Assembly: GCA_963977445.1 (NCBI GenBank)
Contig: CAXBPH010000005.1
Span: forward strand, 72 to 64,071
Direction of reading: 5' to 3'
Source of the DNA: an uncultured bacterium
Lineage (GTDB): Bacteria > Hydrogenedentota > Hydrogenedentia > Hydrogenedentales > JAEUWI01
DNA length: 64,000 nucleotides
Below the pieces are notes generated by a model. The model saw only the letters and a program-made list of their open reading frames with translations, made no database searches and had not been told where the DNA came from. Positions 8,719 to 18,534 of the stretch are shown here, one piece after another; position 1 is the stretch's first letter; each line of letters starts with the position of its first letter. The translations under genes and the position numbers were made by a program.

Positions 8719-11700
8719 TTACTCCGAACGGGCAAGCCGCTCCGCCGTCCCATTGCCCCGGACAATCTTCAGCGTAACCGTCTGACTCAGGTATTTCATG
8801 GCGCCGTTGGACGGTGCCTCGATGCGGGCGCGAATATAGATTTCCCGCTCCATGGGGGCCACCCAAGGCTGGACGAAGAGGTTCATGGCCCGGTCGGTCT
8901 CATTTTCCCGGACCAATATCCCGTTGAGCCCCGTATCCATCACCGAAACCCCGTACGGGAGATTTTCCACCTCGATGGGTACGCGGCTCGTAAAGCCGTT
9001 AAATCGGTCCAGATGTACCGCCAGGGGGCCGGAAGAACCCTGATCAATCTCCACCTCCTCCCGGTCGGCATGAACGACGAGATCCGGCTGTTGGCGAACC
9101 ACCGTAATCGTCCCCATACCCACCTCGCGCTCCAGGAGGCCGTCGGGCCCTTCCGCCGAGGCCTTGATAACAACGCCCCCCTCCTGTGGGGTGGATTGGG
9201 CTCCGGCATCGGCCCAGACCCGCAGGGTAATGTTCTCGTCATCGGGCAGGATCACCCCGTGGCTGGCGTGCAGCCCCTCGGGGAGCCCTTCCAACCAGAC
9301 CGACACGGGCACATTAAAATCGTCTCTTCGGGTAATGCCCACTTCCACGGGATAGGCGGCCCCTTCGTGTATATTCAGTCGGTAGGTACGGGCATGGACC
9401 GTATAGTCCGGTTGGGGCTCACGCAAGGCAAGCCGATAGGGCCGGGCCAATGAACCATCCACCCCATCGCGGATCCGAACGATATAGGGCCTGGATTCCG
9501 GCGCGGTAAATTCCAGGCGGGCGTCGGAGGAGAGTTGCCCCTCGAAAAAACCATCGTCATTCCGCCAATACACGGGAAATACGGGCATGCCGTTGGGCGG
9601 GAAGGTTGTTCCCGGGGGATGAAGCTCTACCCGATAGATGGAAGAATAGACCGCGTGATGCAGGGGACTCGTGCCAAACAGACTTCGCCGCTGCCCACCA
9701 ATGGCGGAAAACACCACATCTTCGTCCGCATAATCCGGAATCTTGGACACCTGTACAATTTCACCACCGGCCATGACGTAATCATTCATTGCCAAGGCCG
9801 ACCAATCGTCCAGACGCAGTCCCGGACTCCGTGAATCCCGGCTGAAGAGGGTGATGTGGGTTTCGGCCGTACAGTGGGCCACGGCACGTTGCAGCACCGC
9901 ACCGTCTTCATCCAGAATCTCCAACACCGAATCCAGCGGTACGCCGAGGCGCTCGGCTTCTACTTCAAGAATCATCGTGGTGTTGGCCACGCCGTCGAAT
10001 CGATAGGCATCCCAATCGCCCTGACCATCCAACTGACCATTGACCACCTGGTGAAGCGCCAGGGGCTGGGCCGCAGCGACCACGTTGTTGGGCTCGACTT
10101 CCACAATCTCGGCACCCCGGTCAACGGCCAGGCGCGGTGCGGGAATGGGGTTATTGGGGAAACTGGGTAAAGGCAGGTTCACACGCTCTCCGGAGGCGGG
10201 TGATTCAGGTGCGGTGACGGTCAGGGTCTTCCCATCGACGCCCAGATTAAAACCCCCAACCTGAATTTCCGTGGTCGTGCCTGCGCCAACGCCCAGGGGA
10301 AAGTACGCCGTGATCCAGGGAAAGGCACCAACATGAAGGCGATAGCCCTGGTTGCCCACCAACTCAGGATCGCTGATGGACAGGGTGTATTCGCCGTCGG
10401 CCGGTGCCCGGAAACCAATACGCAGGCGGTCGTCGTCGATAGCATGACTCGAATCGGCAACGATGGCCTCGGCTCCATCACGTATCACGAGTTCGGGACG
10501 CAGGGCCGTGTCGGTCAGGACAAAGACAATTTCATCATTCGCCTTTGCGGCCACACGATACTGGTCCACCTCTCCTTTCTCTTCAATTCTCCCAAGTACA
10601 ACGGTGGGCAAATCGCCAAGCACGTGGCCCCCCTCAACGGCCTGCTCGGCCACGTCGGGCGCAGACAACACGGTGAACATCTTTGGTTCGGCGAGGCCAT
10701 AGGGCGTTTCCAGGTAAAGCCACTGCCCGCCCGGTGACGTATCTTCGGGAATGGTCACCCTCACTTTTAACGTATAGGGCACGGCGTTGTCGTGGATCTG
10801 GAGGCCTGTGCTGTCGGTATTGAATTTGAACTCGGGCCGCTCCTGGGCCTCATTGCTCACGATTTCCGCCGTGAGATTAGAGGTGAAGTAGGCTGTGGCA
10901 TCCGCGAGGTTTTTGCCCATCAGGGTCATCTCCACCGTTTCGCCCCGCACCACCCGCACGGGCTGCAGATTGTCAATGGTCGGCGGGACCGTCCCGTCGA
11001 TATAGACCGAATCCACACTGACACGGCCCGCCTGTTCGATATTTTTCCCTTCCATGGGTGCCTCGGCGATCAGGAGTGGCCCGTCGGTGCTGCTGTAGGT
11101 CTGGACGCCGTCCGCCGTTTGATAGAGCCCCAGGGTCGTGTCAAAACGCCCGGCTGCCATATAGGCACCGTCGGGACTCATGGCAAGGGCCATAACCCAG
11201 TCCGACTGACCGTCGAGGGTAGCCGTCGCATTCATCGTGGCACTATCCCAAATTTTCACCGCACCATCTTCCCCGGAGGACAGAAGCCGGGTGCCATCGG
11301 GCGTATAGGCCAGCAACAGCACCGCGCCATCGTGGGCAAAGGTAGAATGGACCAGCACCCCGGTGGACGTGCTCGATTGGGTAAACTGCTTCGCCGACGC
11401 CGGCACATCCCATATGTAAATACGTTTGTCGGCCGACCCCGCTGCCAGGTAACGCCCATCGGGAGAAAAGGTCACCGTATGCACCGTGTTCTCCGCATCG
11501 GAAAACGTAATCAGCCGCTTCCCCGTCGCCACATCCCAGAGTTTTACGGTCCGGTCGCCCGCGCCGGTGGCGAGGTAGGTGCCATCGGGCGAAAAGGCCA
11601 GCGAATAAACCGCATCCACATGGTCGGTCAAATCATTTCGAAGGCTGCCATCTTGGGTATTCCAAATCATCACGTGCTTGTCGTAGCTGGCCGTAGCAAT

Positions 11701-12462
11701 CAGGGTGTCGTCGGGACTGAAGGCCATGTCCAGCACGTTATCCCGGTGGGCATCAATTTTTCGCACCAATTGGTGGGTGGCCGTATCCCACAGCAACACT
11801 TCACCACTGCGCCCGGGCTTTCCCCCCGCTGCGGCGAGTAGGGTGCCGTCTTTGTTGAAATCAAGAGCACGCACCTGGTCGGCATGGCCCGGCAAAAGGA
11901 TTGCGGCCTGCTCATCGAGTACGCCCTGGCGGACCGGATAAAGAGCAACGGTGCGGAGTCCGCCACGGGCAACCAGCTTTCCATCGGGCGACCAGGCGAG
12001 AGCACTGACGGGAGATGCCGTCCACTGGGGGTCAACGGTCGCTTCTGCCACAGTCGCGGTTTCGGACGTTGGGACAGGCTCACCGCTGACGGCACCGGCC
12101 AGTATCCATCGCTTAATCAGGTCGATTTCTTCCGGCGGAAGCTGCTTGAATTTTTCCTGGGGCGGCATGAAGGGTTCGGTCTTCCACTCGATCATAGCGA
12201 CGAGGGGACTGTCTTCGAGGGATCCCGGAACGATGGCCACCCCTTCCTCGCCGCCCTTCATGGCGAGCCCATGGGTCGTGAGGTCGAGTTTCCCTTTGGG
12301 CTTTTTGCCTCCATCGGGCACGTGACACGGTGCGCAGCGCTGCTGAAACAGGGGTGCAATGTGCTGGTTAAACGTAATGGGCTCGTCCGCCGGGGCGGAT
12401 ACAACCCCCAATCCGAATGTGGCCACCAGGGCGCTTGTACCGCGCAATACACGCTTCAACAT
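8719..12462 (-). CDS. Secreted PSCyt1 (planctomycete cytochrome c-like) / WD40-repeat protein with C-terminal PPC-type beta-sandwich domains
   Basis: The N-terminus has FNQHIAPLFQQRCAPCH...KGKLDLTT (PSCyt1-type CxxCH). Multiple WD40-like repeats follow (SPDG..LA.G..D..V.LWD). EPNN...GQLDGQGDWDAYRF is a PPC-like motif. I chose the start at MLKRVLRG (12462); the ORF is open to 12507. Confidence 0.75.
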   Translation of the reverse strand: MLKRVLRGTSALVATFGLGVVSAPADEPITFNQHIAPLFQQRCAPCHVPDGGKKPKGKLDLTTHGLAMKGGEEGVAIVPGSLEDSPLVAMIEWKTEPFMPPQEKFKQLPPEEIDLIKRWILAGAVSGEPVPTSETATVAEATVDPQWTASPVSALAWSPDGKLVARGGLRTVALYPVRQGVLDEQAAILLPGHADQVRALDFNKDGTLLAAAGGKPGRSGEVLLWDTATHQLVRKIDAHRDNVLDMAFSPDDTLIATASYDKHVMIWNTQDGSLRNDLTDHVDAVYSLAFSPDGTYLATGAGDRTVKLWDVATGKRLITFSDAENTVHTVTFSPDGRYLAAGSADKRIYIWDVPASAKQFTQSSTSTGVLVHSTFAHDGAVLLLAYTPDGTRLLSSGEDGAVKIWDSATMNATATLDGQSDWVMALAMSPDGAYMAAGRFDTTLGLYQTADGVQTYSSTDGPLLIAEAPMEGKNIEQAGRVSVDSVYIDGTVPPTIDNLQPVRVVRGETVEMTLMGKNLADATAYFTSNLTAEIVSNEAQERPEFKFNTDSTGLQIHDNAVPYTLKVRVTIPEDTSPGGQWLYLETPYGLAEPKMFTVLSAPDVAEQAVEGGHVLGDLPTVVLGRIEEKGEVDQYRVAAKANDEIVFVLTDTALRPELVIRDGAEAIVADSSHAIDDDRLRIGFRAPADGEYTLSISDPELVGNQGYRLHVGAFPWITAYFPLGVGAGTTTEIQVGGFNLGVDGKTLTVTAPESPASGERVNLPLPSFPNNPIPAPRLAVDRGAEIVEVEPNNVVAAAQPLALHQVVNGQLDGQGDWDAYRFDGVANTTMILEVEAERLGVPLDSVLEILDEDGAVLQRAVAHCTAETHITLFSRDSRSPGLRLDDWSALAMNDYVMAGGEIVQVSKIPDYADEDVVFSAIGGQRRSLFGTSPLHHAVYSSIYRVELHPPGTTFPPNGMPVFPVYWRNDDGFFEGQLSSDARLEFTAPESRPYIVRIRDGVDGSLARPYRLALREPQPDYTVHARTYRLNIHEGAAYPVEVGITRRDDFNVPVSVWLEGLPEGLHASHGVILPDDENITLRVWADAGAQSTPQEGGVVIKASAEGPDGLLEREVGMGTITVVRQQPDLVVHADREEVEIDQGSSGPLAVHLDRFNGFTSRVPIEVENLPYGVSVMDTGLNGILVRENETDRAMNLFVQPWVAPMEREIYIRARIEAPSNGAMKYLSQTVTLKIVRGNGTAERLARSE

Positions 12463-12548
12463 AGACTCTTCACGCTCTCTCATAATCGCCCTATCGTCAC
12501 GAAACACTTCCGAAATCGGTCCACGTCACTATCCGTTGGCCTGGCGGC

Positions 12549-14981
12549 CTAGTGGTTATACAAGAACTCTTTGCTCGTCAGCAGGGCCCAGGCGATATCT
12601 TCCAGCACAGCACGCCGCTCGTCGGGTGCCACACTCGCCAACAGGGCCACGCATTCCTTCTTCTCCGTCGCCACCGGTGCACGCCCGAAGGCCCGCCAGA
12701 ACAAATCGTCTACGGCAGCATCATCCGCAACGCCGTCGGCCACATAATGAGCCAGCACCGATCCATCGGCGCGCAATTTCGCATTTAAGGTCTCGCCATT
12801 GGCCAGGTGCAGGGTCTGGGCGATACTGGCGTCGTCGGTTCGTTCGCAGGTGCAGGTCTGGCGCCGCTCTGGGCGTCCAAAGGCATCCAGAAAATAAGAC
12901 GCTACGAGAGAATCCCGCAGTTGTAAGGCCCGATACCCCTCGGGATAGCCCGGGAACGGCGTGGCCACGTCGGTCACCTGCGCGTAGGTATCCAACAACA
13001 CCTCGGCCTTCAATCGGCGGGCGATATACTGGGAATAGTTGACCCGATCGGGGGCCGCGGGGTCCGCCCCTTCGGAGGAGCGCTGGTAGGCCGCCGACGC
13101 CATGATGGAGCGCATGAGTCCCTTCAGATCATAGCCCTGCTCCTGCAGGTCGAGACAGAGGGCCGCCATGAGGGGTTCATTGGTCGCCGGGTTGGTCAGA
13201 CGCAAATCATCTACCGGCTCCACCAGGCCACGACCCATGAAATTCTTCCACACCCGATTCACAATAGCGCGGGTGAAGTAGGGATTCTCCGGCGCAGTCA
13301 TCCAGGCCGCCAGTGCATCCCGACGATCAGCGCCCGCCTTATCTTCGACGACGTCGCCATCCAGGGGCTGCGGTGCCTTTGCCTTCCCACGAAGGGGATG
13401 GAGCACATCACCGAAACTGGCGGCCACCACGTCGTTGCCACCACGTTTTCCGTTCTTCACGTTTACCCGGGAAAAGAGATTGGCAAATCCGTAATATTGA
13501 TCCTGGGTCCACTTTTCCAGGGGGTGATTGTGACACCGTGCACAGGTAATCGACATTCCCAGAAAAGCCTGCGACGTGGTCTCGGTAAGGTCCGGAATCT
13601 CCCGGTGCAGGAGAAAATAGTTGGCCGCCCCATTTTCTTCCGTGTTGCCCGTGGCAGTCAAGAGGTCGCGCACAAACTGGTCCCAGGGACGATTCTCTTC
13701 CACGGCCTCGCGAACAAAGCGATAGAAGGCGTTGAGTTCCTTGGCGTTGCTCAGGTTTTTCGACGAGATGAGCAAGAGATCAGACCATTGATAGGTCCAG
13801 TAGTCAACAAACTCGGGCCGCGCCAGCAAGTCTTTCACGAGGGCATTCCGCTTGTCGGGGCGGGCGTCGGCCAGGAAGGTCTGGACGTCCTCCACCGTAG
13901 GCAGCACGCCGAGGGTATCAATAAAGGCCCGCCGTATGAAGGCACCATCGTCGCACAAGGCGGCGGGCGCGATATTCAATTGGGCCAGCTTGGCATGGAT
14001 ACGTTCGTCGATATAATTGTTGTTGGCCGCCACCTCGTAGACCTGGGGAGCCACCACCTTCTCTCTGGGCACATTCAATTCAGTAAGGGCCACCTTGCTC
14101 GAATACCACGCCGTTATCGCAGCGGACCCTGCCTTCTGCACCGACACGACACCCTGTTCATCGACCAACGCCACCGTATCTTCGCTGGTATCAAATTTCA
14201 CCCACCGGGTAACATCGCGGCTGGTCCCATCGTCATAATGGGCCGTCACCAGGAGGGGCTGACTCACCCCGGGCTCCAGCTCCATCGACGGGGGCAGCAT
14301 CTCGAGACGCACAAAGGCCGCATCACCTTCCAGGGGACCCGGGGCACCCTGGCTGATCCAGTCAAAAAGAATACGGTACTCCAGGGAGGCCTTTTCGAAA
14401 CGCTGTCCCCCTTCATGGGGCACATCGCCGAGGGGCTTCAACAGGAAGAGGCTATCCATCGGATTGACCGTCGATATGCGGCGGCCCTTGGCCTGTCGGG
14501 TCAGTACGTCGTGGTCCCGAAAGTGATCGTAGCTCCGCAAGGATAGATTGAACCCATTCTTGCCGGACGCCGCGCCGTGGCAGGGTCCCGTGCTGCAACC
14601 GGTCTTGTATAGGACCGGCTGGACATCGTTAACAAAACTGCGAACTGGTGCCGCCCCTGCGCCTGTTACTGTCACCGAAATCGAGCGTACTTGGTCTCCA
14701 CTGCGGGCCGAAATCGTTGCTTCCCCATCGGCGAGGGCAATCAGCTTACCGGCCCCATCCACCGACGCGATATCGGGGGCCGAACTCGTCCACCCTATTT
14801 CTTCCACAACCGGCCCTATCCATTGGCCCTGTCTCCCCCGGCCAAGAAGCAGTTGCTGCTCCTGTCCCTTCTCATGGAAGGCCACCGATTCGGGCAATAA
14901 GATTTGTTCGTCGGCCCCTACCACCGAAGCGGCAAGGATCCCACAAAACAGGATCGAAGTCTGAAGCACTAACTTGTTCAT
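12549..14981 (-). CDS. PSCyt2/DUF1549 + PSD1/DUF1553 protein with N-terminal Ig-like domains
   Basis: Signal peptide. Motifs FIRRAFIDTLGVLPT (DUF1549-like), CARCHNHPLEKWTQDQYYGFA (PSCyt2-like) and NRVWKNFMGRGLVEPVDD (DUF1553-like). Confidence 0.85.
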   Translation of the reverse strand: MNKLVLQTSILFCGILAASVVGADEQILLPESVAFHEKGQEQQLLLGRGRQGQWIGPVVEEIGWTSSAPDIASVDGAGKLIALADGEATISARSGDQVRSISVTVTGAGAAPVRSFVNDVQPVLYKTGCSTGPCHGAASGKNGFNLSLRSYDHFRDHDVLTRQAKGRRISTVNPMDSLFLLKPLGDVPHEGGQRFEKASLEYRILFDWISQGAPGPLEGDAAFVRLEMLPPSMELEPGVSQPLLVTAHYDDGTSRDVTRWVKFDTSEDTVALVDEQGVVSVQKAGSAAITAWYSSKVALTELNVPREKVVAPQVYEVAANNNYIDERIHAKLAQLNIAPAALCDDGAFIRRAFIDTLGVLPTVEDVQTFLADARPDKRNALVKDLLARPEFVDYWTYQWSDLLLISSKNLSNAKELNAFYRFVREAVEENRPWDQFVRDLLTATGNTEENGAANYFLLHREIPDLTETTSQAFLGMSITCARCHNHPLEKWTQDQYYGFANLFSRVNVKNGKRGGNDVVAASFGDVLHPLRGKAKAPQPLDGDVVEDKAGADRRDALAAWMTAPENPYFTRAIVNRVWKNFMGRGLVEPVDDLRLTNPATNEPLMAALCLDLQEQGYDLKGLMRSIMASAAYQRSSEGADPAAPDRVNYSQYIARRLKAEVLLDTYAQVTDVATPFPGYPEGYRALQLRDSLVASYFLDAFGRPERRQTCTCERTDDASIAQTLHLANGETLNAKLRADGSVLAHYVADGVADDAAVDDLFWRAFGRAPVATEKKECVALLASVAPDERRAVLEDIAWALLTSKEFLYNH

Positions 14982-15033
14982 AAGCGTTTCTCTCGCACTA
15001 CGCAGTCATCAAGCCACGATTAACTATCCGCTG

Positions 15034-16407
15034 CTAAAACAGCTCCAACACCGGCTCGGTCCCATAATCGACGACGGGGACGGGGCGGGTCCCCGGCGAG
15101 GGTAGTTCCGTTTCCAGATCGATGCCAATTCCGTGATACACCGTGGCGATAAGTTCCGCCGGGGTCACGGGGCGATCAACGGGGTAGGCACCAATCTCAT
15201 CGGTCGCGCCAATCACCCGACCGCCCTGTATGCCGCCACCCGCCATAAGGGTCGACCAGGCCTGGGGCCAGTGATCACGCCCACCCGCGGGATTTACTTT
15301 CGGCGTGCGCCCGAACTCACCCATGGCCACCACCATCGTTTCTTCCAGAAGGCCACTGCCGTGAAGCTCTTCGAGTAAGGCTGAATAGGCCTTATCAAAC
15401 ATGGGCCCCACGAGATCCTTATAACACTCTAATGGACTGAAGGGTGCTGAGCCGTGAATATCCCACGTAATCTCATTGAACACGGTCTCAAACATGTTGA
15501 CCGTGACAAAACTCACACCCCGCTCAACCAGACGCCGGGCCAGGAGACAACTCTGGCCAAACTTGTTCCGTCCATACTTATCGCGGGTCTCGTCGGTCTC
15601 CTGATTAATGTCAAAGGCTTCCCGGGCGGTCTCGGAGGACATAAGCCCATAGGCCTGCTGAAAACTTTCGTCCAGCAGACGGGCATCGGGATTTTCGTCG
15701 AGTTGTTTTACCGATTGATCCACCATGGCCCGGAGAGACTGCCGGCGCTGCAATCGCATGGAGGAAATATATTCGGGTGGCAGCAGATCGGGCACCTCAA
15801 AATCGGGCAGGCTCGGGTCCGCATTCAGGACCAGGGGGTCATAGGCTTTGCCGAGAAATCCGGCCGTCTGCCCATGGGGCATGTTGCCACCCGTGGGGCC
15901 AATGGGGCGGGGCATGAGGACGTGGGCGGGCATACCATTCTTCCCACCCCGCAAATAGCTCGCCACACAGCCCGCATGAGGTTGCTCCAGACCATTCAGG
16001 AAGAGGCGGCCCGTCTGCATCATCTGATGGCCAATATCGTGGACCCCCGTCCCCGAGTGGTGCATACTCCGAATGATAGAAAACTTATCGGCATGCCGGG
16101 CCGTTCTGGGGAAGATCTCCGAAATCTGAATATCGGGGTTGTTGGTCCGAATCGGGCGATAAGGCCCCCGAATCTCGGCAGGTGCATCGGGCTTCATATC
16201 GAAGGTATCGAGCTGACTGGGCCCGCCCACGAGAAAGAGAAAGATACAGTTTTTTTCCCTGGCAGGATTTACGGCCCCATAGGCCTTGGCCTGCAAAAAA
16301 CCGGGCAACGTAAGGCCAAGATAAGACAGGGCACCGGCGTGCAGAAAATCTCTCCGTGAAAGCCCATCACAAAAATGAACCTTTTTCTCCGCGTCGACCC
16401 GATACAT
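15034..16407 (-). CDS. DUF1501 (sulfatase-fold) protein with a Tat-type signal
   Basis: SRRDFLHAGALSYLGL twin-arginine signal. Motifs VGGPSQLDTFDMKPDAP and GGRDHWP are typical of DUF1501. Confidence 0.85.
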   Translation of the reverse strand: MYRVDAEKKVHFCDGLSRRDFLHAGALSYLGLTLPGFLQAKAYGAVNPAREKNCIFLFLVGGPSQLDTFDMKPDAPAEIRGPYRPIRTNNPDIQISEIFPRTARHADKFSIIRSMHHSGTGVHDIGHQMMQTGRLFLNGLEQPHAGCVASYLRGGKNGMPAHVLMPRPIGPTGGNMPHGQTAGFLGKAYDPLVLNADPSLPDFEVPDLLPPEYISSMRLQRRQSLRAMVDQSVKQLDENPDARLLDESFQQAYGLMSSETAREAFDINQETDETRDKYGRNKFGQSCLLARRLVERGVSFVTVNMFETVFNEITWDIHGSAPFSPLECYKDLVGPMFDKAYSALLEELHGSGLLEETMVVAMGEFGRTPKVNPAGGRDHWPQAWSTLMAGGGIQGGRVIGATDEIGAYPVDRPVTPAELIATVYHGIGIDLETELPSPGTRPVPVVDYGTEPVLELF

Positions 16408-16618
16408 AGCGCTCTCCTGTTGCCGATCACCCCCACCGCATCATTGTGACAAAAATGCAGGACGAAGACAAACCCCCTTTTTGGGCCAACAGGGGACGGG
16501 TTCGAAACCACCTTCAAAGTGGAGGATTTCCGGAAACTTGCGGTATAGTGTATCGGTAGCCACCATGGGGTGCTACAGCGGCGAGGTCGCAAGGCAGCGA
16601 TTGAGGGAGTAGGACCAA

Positions 16619-18370
16619 ATGAACAGCGACAGTGTAAAATGGCTTATTGCAGGTGTGGCGGGTGCACTCCTGTCCGTGTGTCTCTTTGCGGCCGGGGGCT
16701 ACCTGCTCTTTCGTGCCATGACCCAGGGCATCAGCTCCATTGCCAGTCAGATTGATGGCGAAACGATCTATGGCCCCGACGAGTGGGAAGAAGACGAGGC
16801 CAAGCACAACGAGAAACACGCAGCACTGGAGAAGAAGATCGAAACCCTCGGTCTCAACACGTTGTATACGAACGTCTACGTCCACGACAACACCCGCTAC
16901 GAACTCTATACCAACAAGAATTTCGGTGAGGTTGAGACGCGCTTAACAGCAAAAGCGATCGACGCCGATACACCAATAAAAAAATACCGCTATGGGCAGC
17001 TTATCCGTTCCCTGGGCAATCAGGAATACAACGAAAACCCCGAAGAAATTCTGGCGATTCTTGATGAATGGGTGGCCCTATCTCCCGATTCCCATTTCCC
17101 CTGGATGGTACGGGGCACCTACAAGATGGATTATGCCTACTACTTCCGGGGAGGCGGCTGGTCCCGCGAGGTATCGCAAGACGGCATGATGCAATACAGG
17201 CGATACAATGAAGAAGCAAAGGCGGACCTCCTGGAAGCAGCCCGTCTCACCGAAGACGATGCCGAACCCTTCGCACTTTTGATCAATGCCAGTGCTGGAT
17301 GCGGTGAGGACCTCGAAACACTTCACACCTATTTCCAGCAATGTCTCGAACGCAACCCCGATCATTTCAATGCCCGCTGGACCTTGATGAATTTTTCACA
17401 GCCCCGATGGTTTGGCAGCTGGGAGGCCCTCGATGCCCAAATAGAAGAGGCCGAGGCCGCGAGTGAATCCTTCCCCAAGCTCATGGAAATCAGCCGTCTG
17501 GGTCTGGGCATGATGAGCGACAGAGACCCCAAGTATGAAACGCTCTGGGACGCACCCGAGTCGGATGAGAAGTGGGCCAAAGCCGCCCTGGCTCAGGCGG
17601 AACAGAGCCCCGATGACCTTCACGTCCTGGCGGACGCCGCCTATTATTCCTGCCACGCCAAAGAGTACACCACCGCGGCCGACCTGTTCGTAAAAATCGG
17701 AAACAACTACCCCACCGGCGGCGAGTTTTCCAGCATTGTGAATTTTCACGAGTGGCGCGGCTATGTCCTGAATATACAGGCCAACGACCCCGCCATCTAC
17801 GGAACCCCAAAAGAAAAAGGCTATATGGAAATCCTCTCCGGACTGGCCCGCACGGTCCCCTCGTCGGGCGACCTCTACCTGGCCTACCTCGTCCGCCAGC
17901 AGGACGATGCACTCACCCAGACCTTTTACGCCGAGCACCGTGGGGTCTATCTGGAAACGGGAGACTGGGGCAACCCTCCCGATTATGTCGTCATGGACGC
18001 CATGGCTCGTGCCGGACTCTCCGATGAATTCGGCGTCTACGAAACAGAGGACCAGCACCGATTGACCCAGGAAGCCCTCACCCTGGCACCAGACAATGCC
18101 TACGTCCAGCTTATGGCGACTGAATGCTTTATCACGAAAAAGGAATATGATCTGGCCCGCGTCCATTTGGAAAAGGCCCGCGAACTCGATCCTGCCTATC
18201 TCCCCGCTCTCCACATTATGGGATGGCTCAGCTACCATCAAAAACAGTGGGCTGATGGCATCCGCTATGCCAAAGAGTTCCTGGCAACCGAGCCCTCCAT
18301 CTACCTCACCCAGTCCACCGACGACGCCAAAGAAATCATCGAACTCTGCGAGAAGCGCATGAAGGAGTAG
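16619..18370 (+). CDS. Membrane-anchored hypothetical protein, TPR-like / possibly DUF4034-like
   Basis: 583-aa ORF. GGGAG RBS upstream. N-terminal TM (WLIAGVAGALLSVCLFAAGGYLLF). Helical-repeat-like C-terminal part. The family assignment is only a guess. Confidence 0.55.
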   Translation: MNSDSVKWLIAGVAGALLSVCLFAAGGYLLFRAMTQGISSIASQIDGETIYGPDEWEEDEAKHNEKHAALEKKIETLGLNTLYTNVYVHDNTRYELYTNKNFGEVETRLTAKAIDADTPIKKYRYGQLIRSLGNQEYNENPEEILAILDEWVALSPDSHFPWMVRGTYKMDYAYYFRGGGWSREVSQDGMMQYRRYNEEAKADLLEAARLTEDDAEPFALLINASAGCGEDLETLHTYFQQCLERNPDHFNARWTLMNFSQPRWFGSWEALDAQIEEAEAASESFPKLMEISRLGLGMMSDRDPKYETLWDAPESDEKWAKAALAQAEQSPDDLHVLADAAYYSCHAKEYTTAADLFVKIGNNYPTGGEFSSIVNFHEWRGYVLNIQANDPAIYGTPKEKGYMEILSGLARTVPSSGDLYLAYLVRQQDDALTQTFYAEHRGVYLETGDWGNPPDYVVMDAMARAGLSDEFGVYETEDQHRLTQEALTLAPDNAYVQLMATECFITKKEYDLARVHLEKARELDPAYLPALHIMGWLSYHQKQWADGIRYAKEFLATEPSIYLTQSTDDAKEIIELCEKRMKE

Positions 18371-18380
18371 CTGGGAGTTT

Positions 18381-18522
18381 TGGGACGGACGCGCGCGTAC
18401 ACGACTGGATTAAGGCAAATCCTCTCCCCGGCGAGCCAGTGCGACTCAGGCAACGGCAGCCGCTCCGTGCGTGCCCCCGTCCCTGTGGGTAGTCAAGATG
18501 CTTCGTGCGCCTCGCGAATCGG
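18381..18522. repeat. Solo, inverted partial copy of the 260-bp unit found at 357-1016
   Basis: TGGGACGGACGCGCGCGTACACGAC...GGCGAGCC.GTGCGACT..GG.CAACGGCAG...GTGCGTG.CC..GTCCCTGTGGG aligns with the reverse complement of about 471-611. It lies between two convergent genes. Confidence 0.8.
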
Positions 18523-18534
18523 GCTCCACCCTGC

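Noticed and set aside
3061-14546. Long antisense ORFs inside large genes (3061-4551, 5990-6787, 8671-9453, 10792-11841, 13398-14546, and similarly 15454-16359, 17396-18241, 27163-28113, 36523-37398, 38289-39326, 41381-42331)
   Set aside because: They are typical GC-rich shadow ORFs opposite genes with clear family motifs. Their composition is Arg/Gly/His-rich, and they have no RBS or family signatures.
16490-16515. GGGTTCGAAACC resembling a tRNA T-arm
   Set aside because: There is no flanking acceptor or anticodon stem complementarity, so it is not a tRNA.
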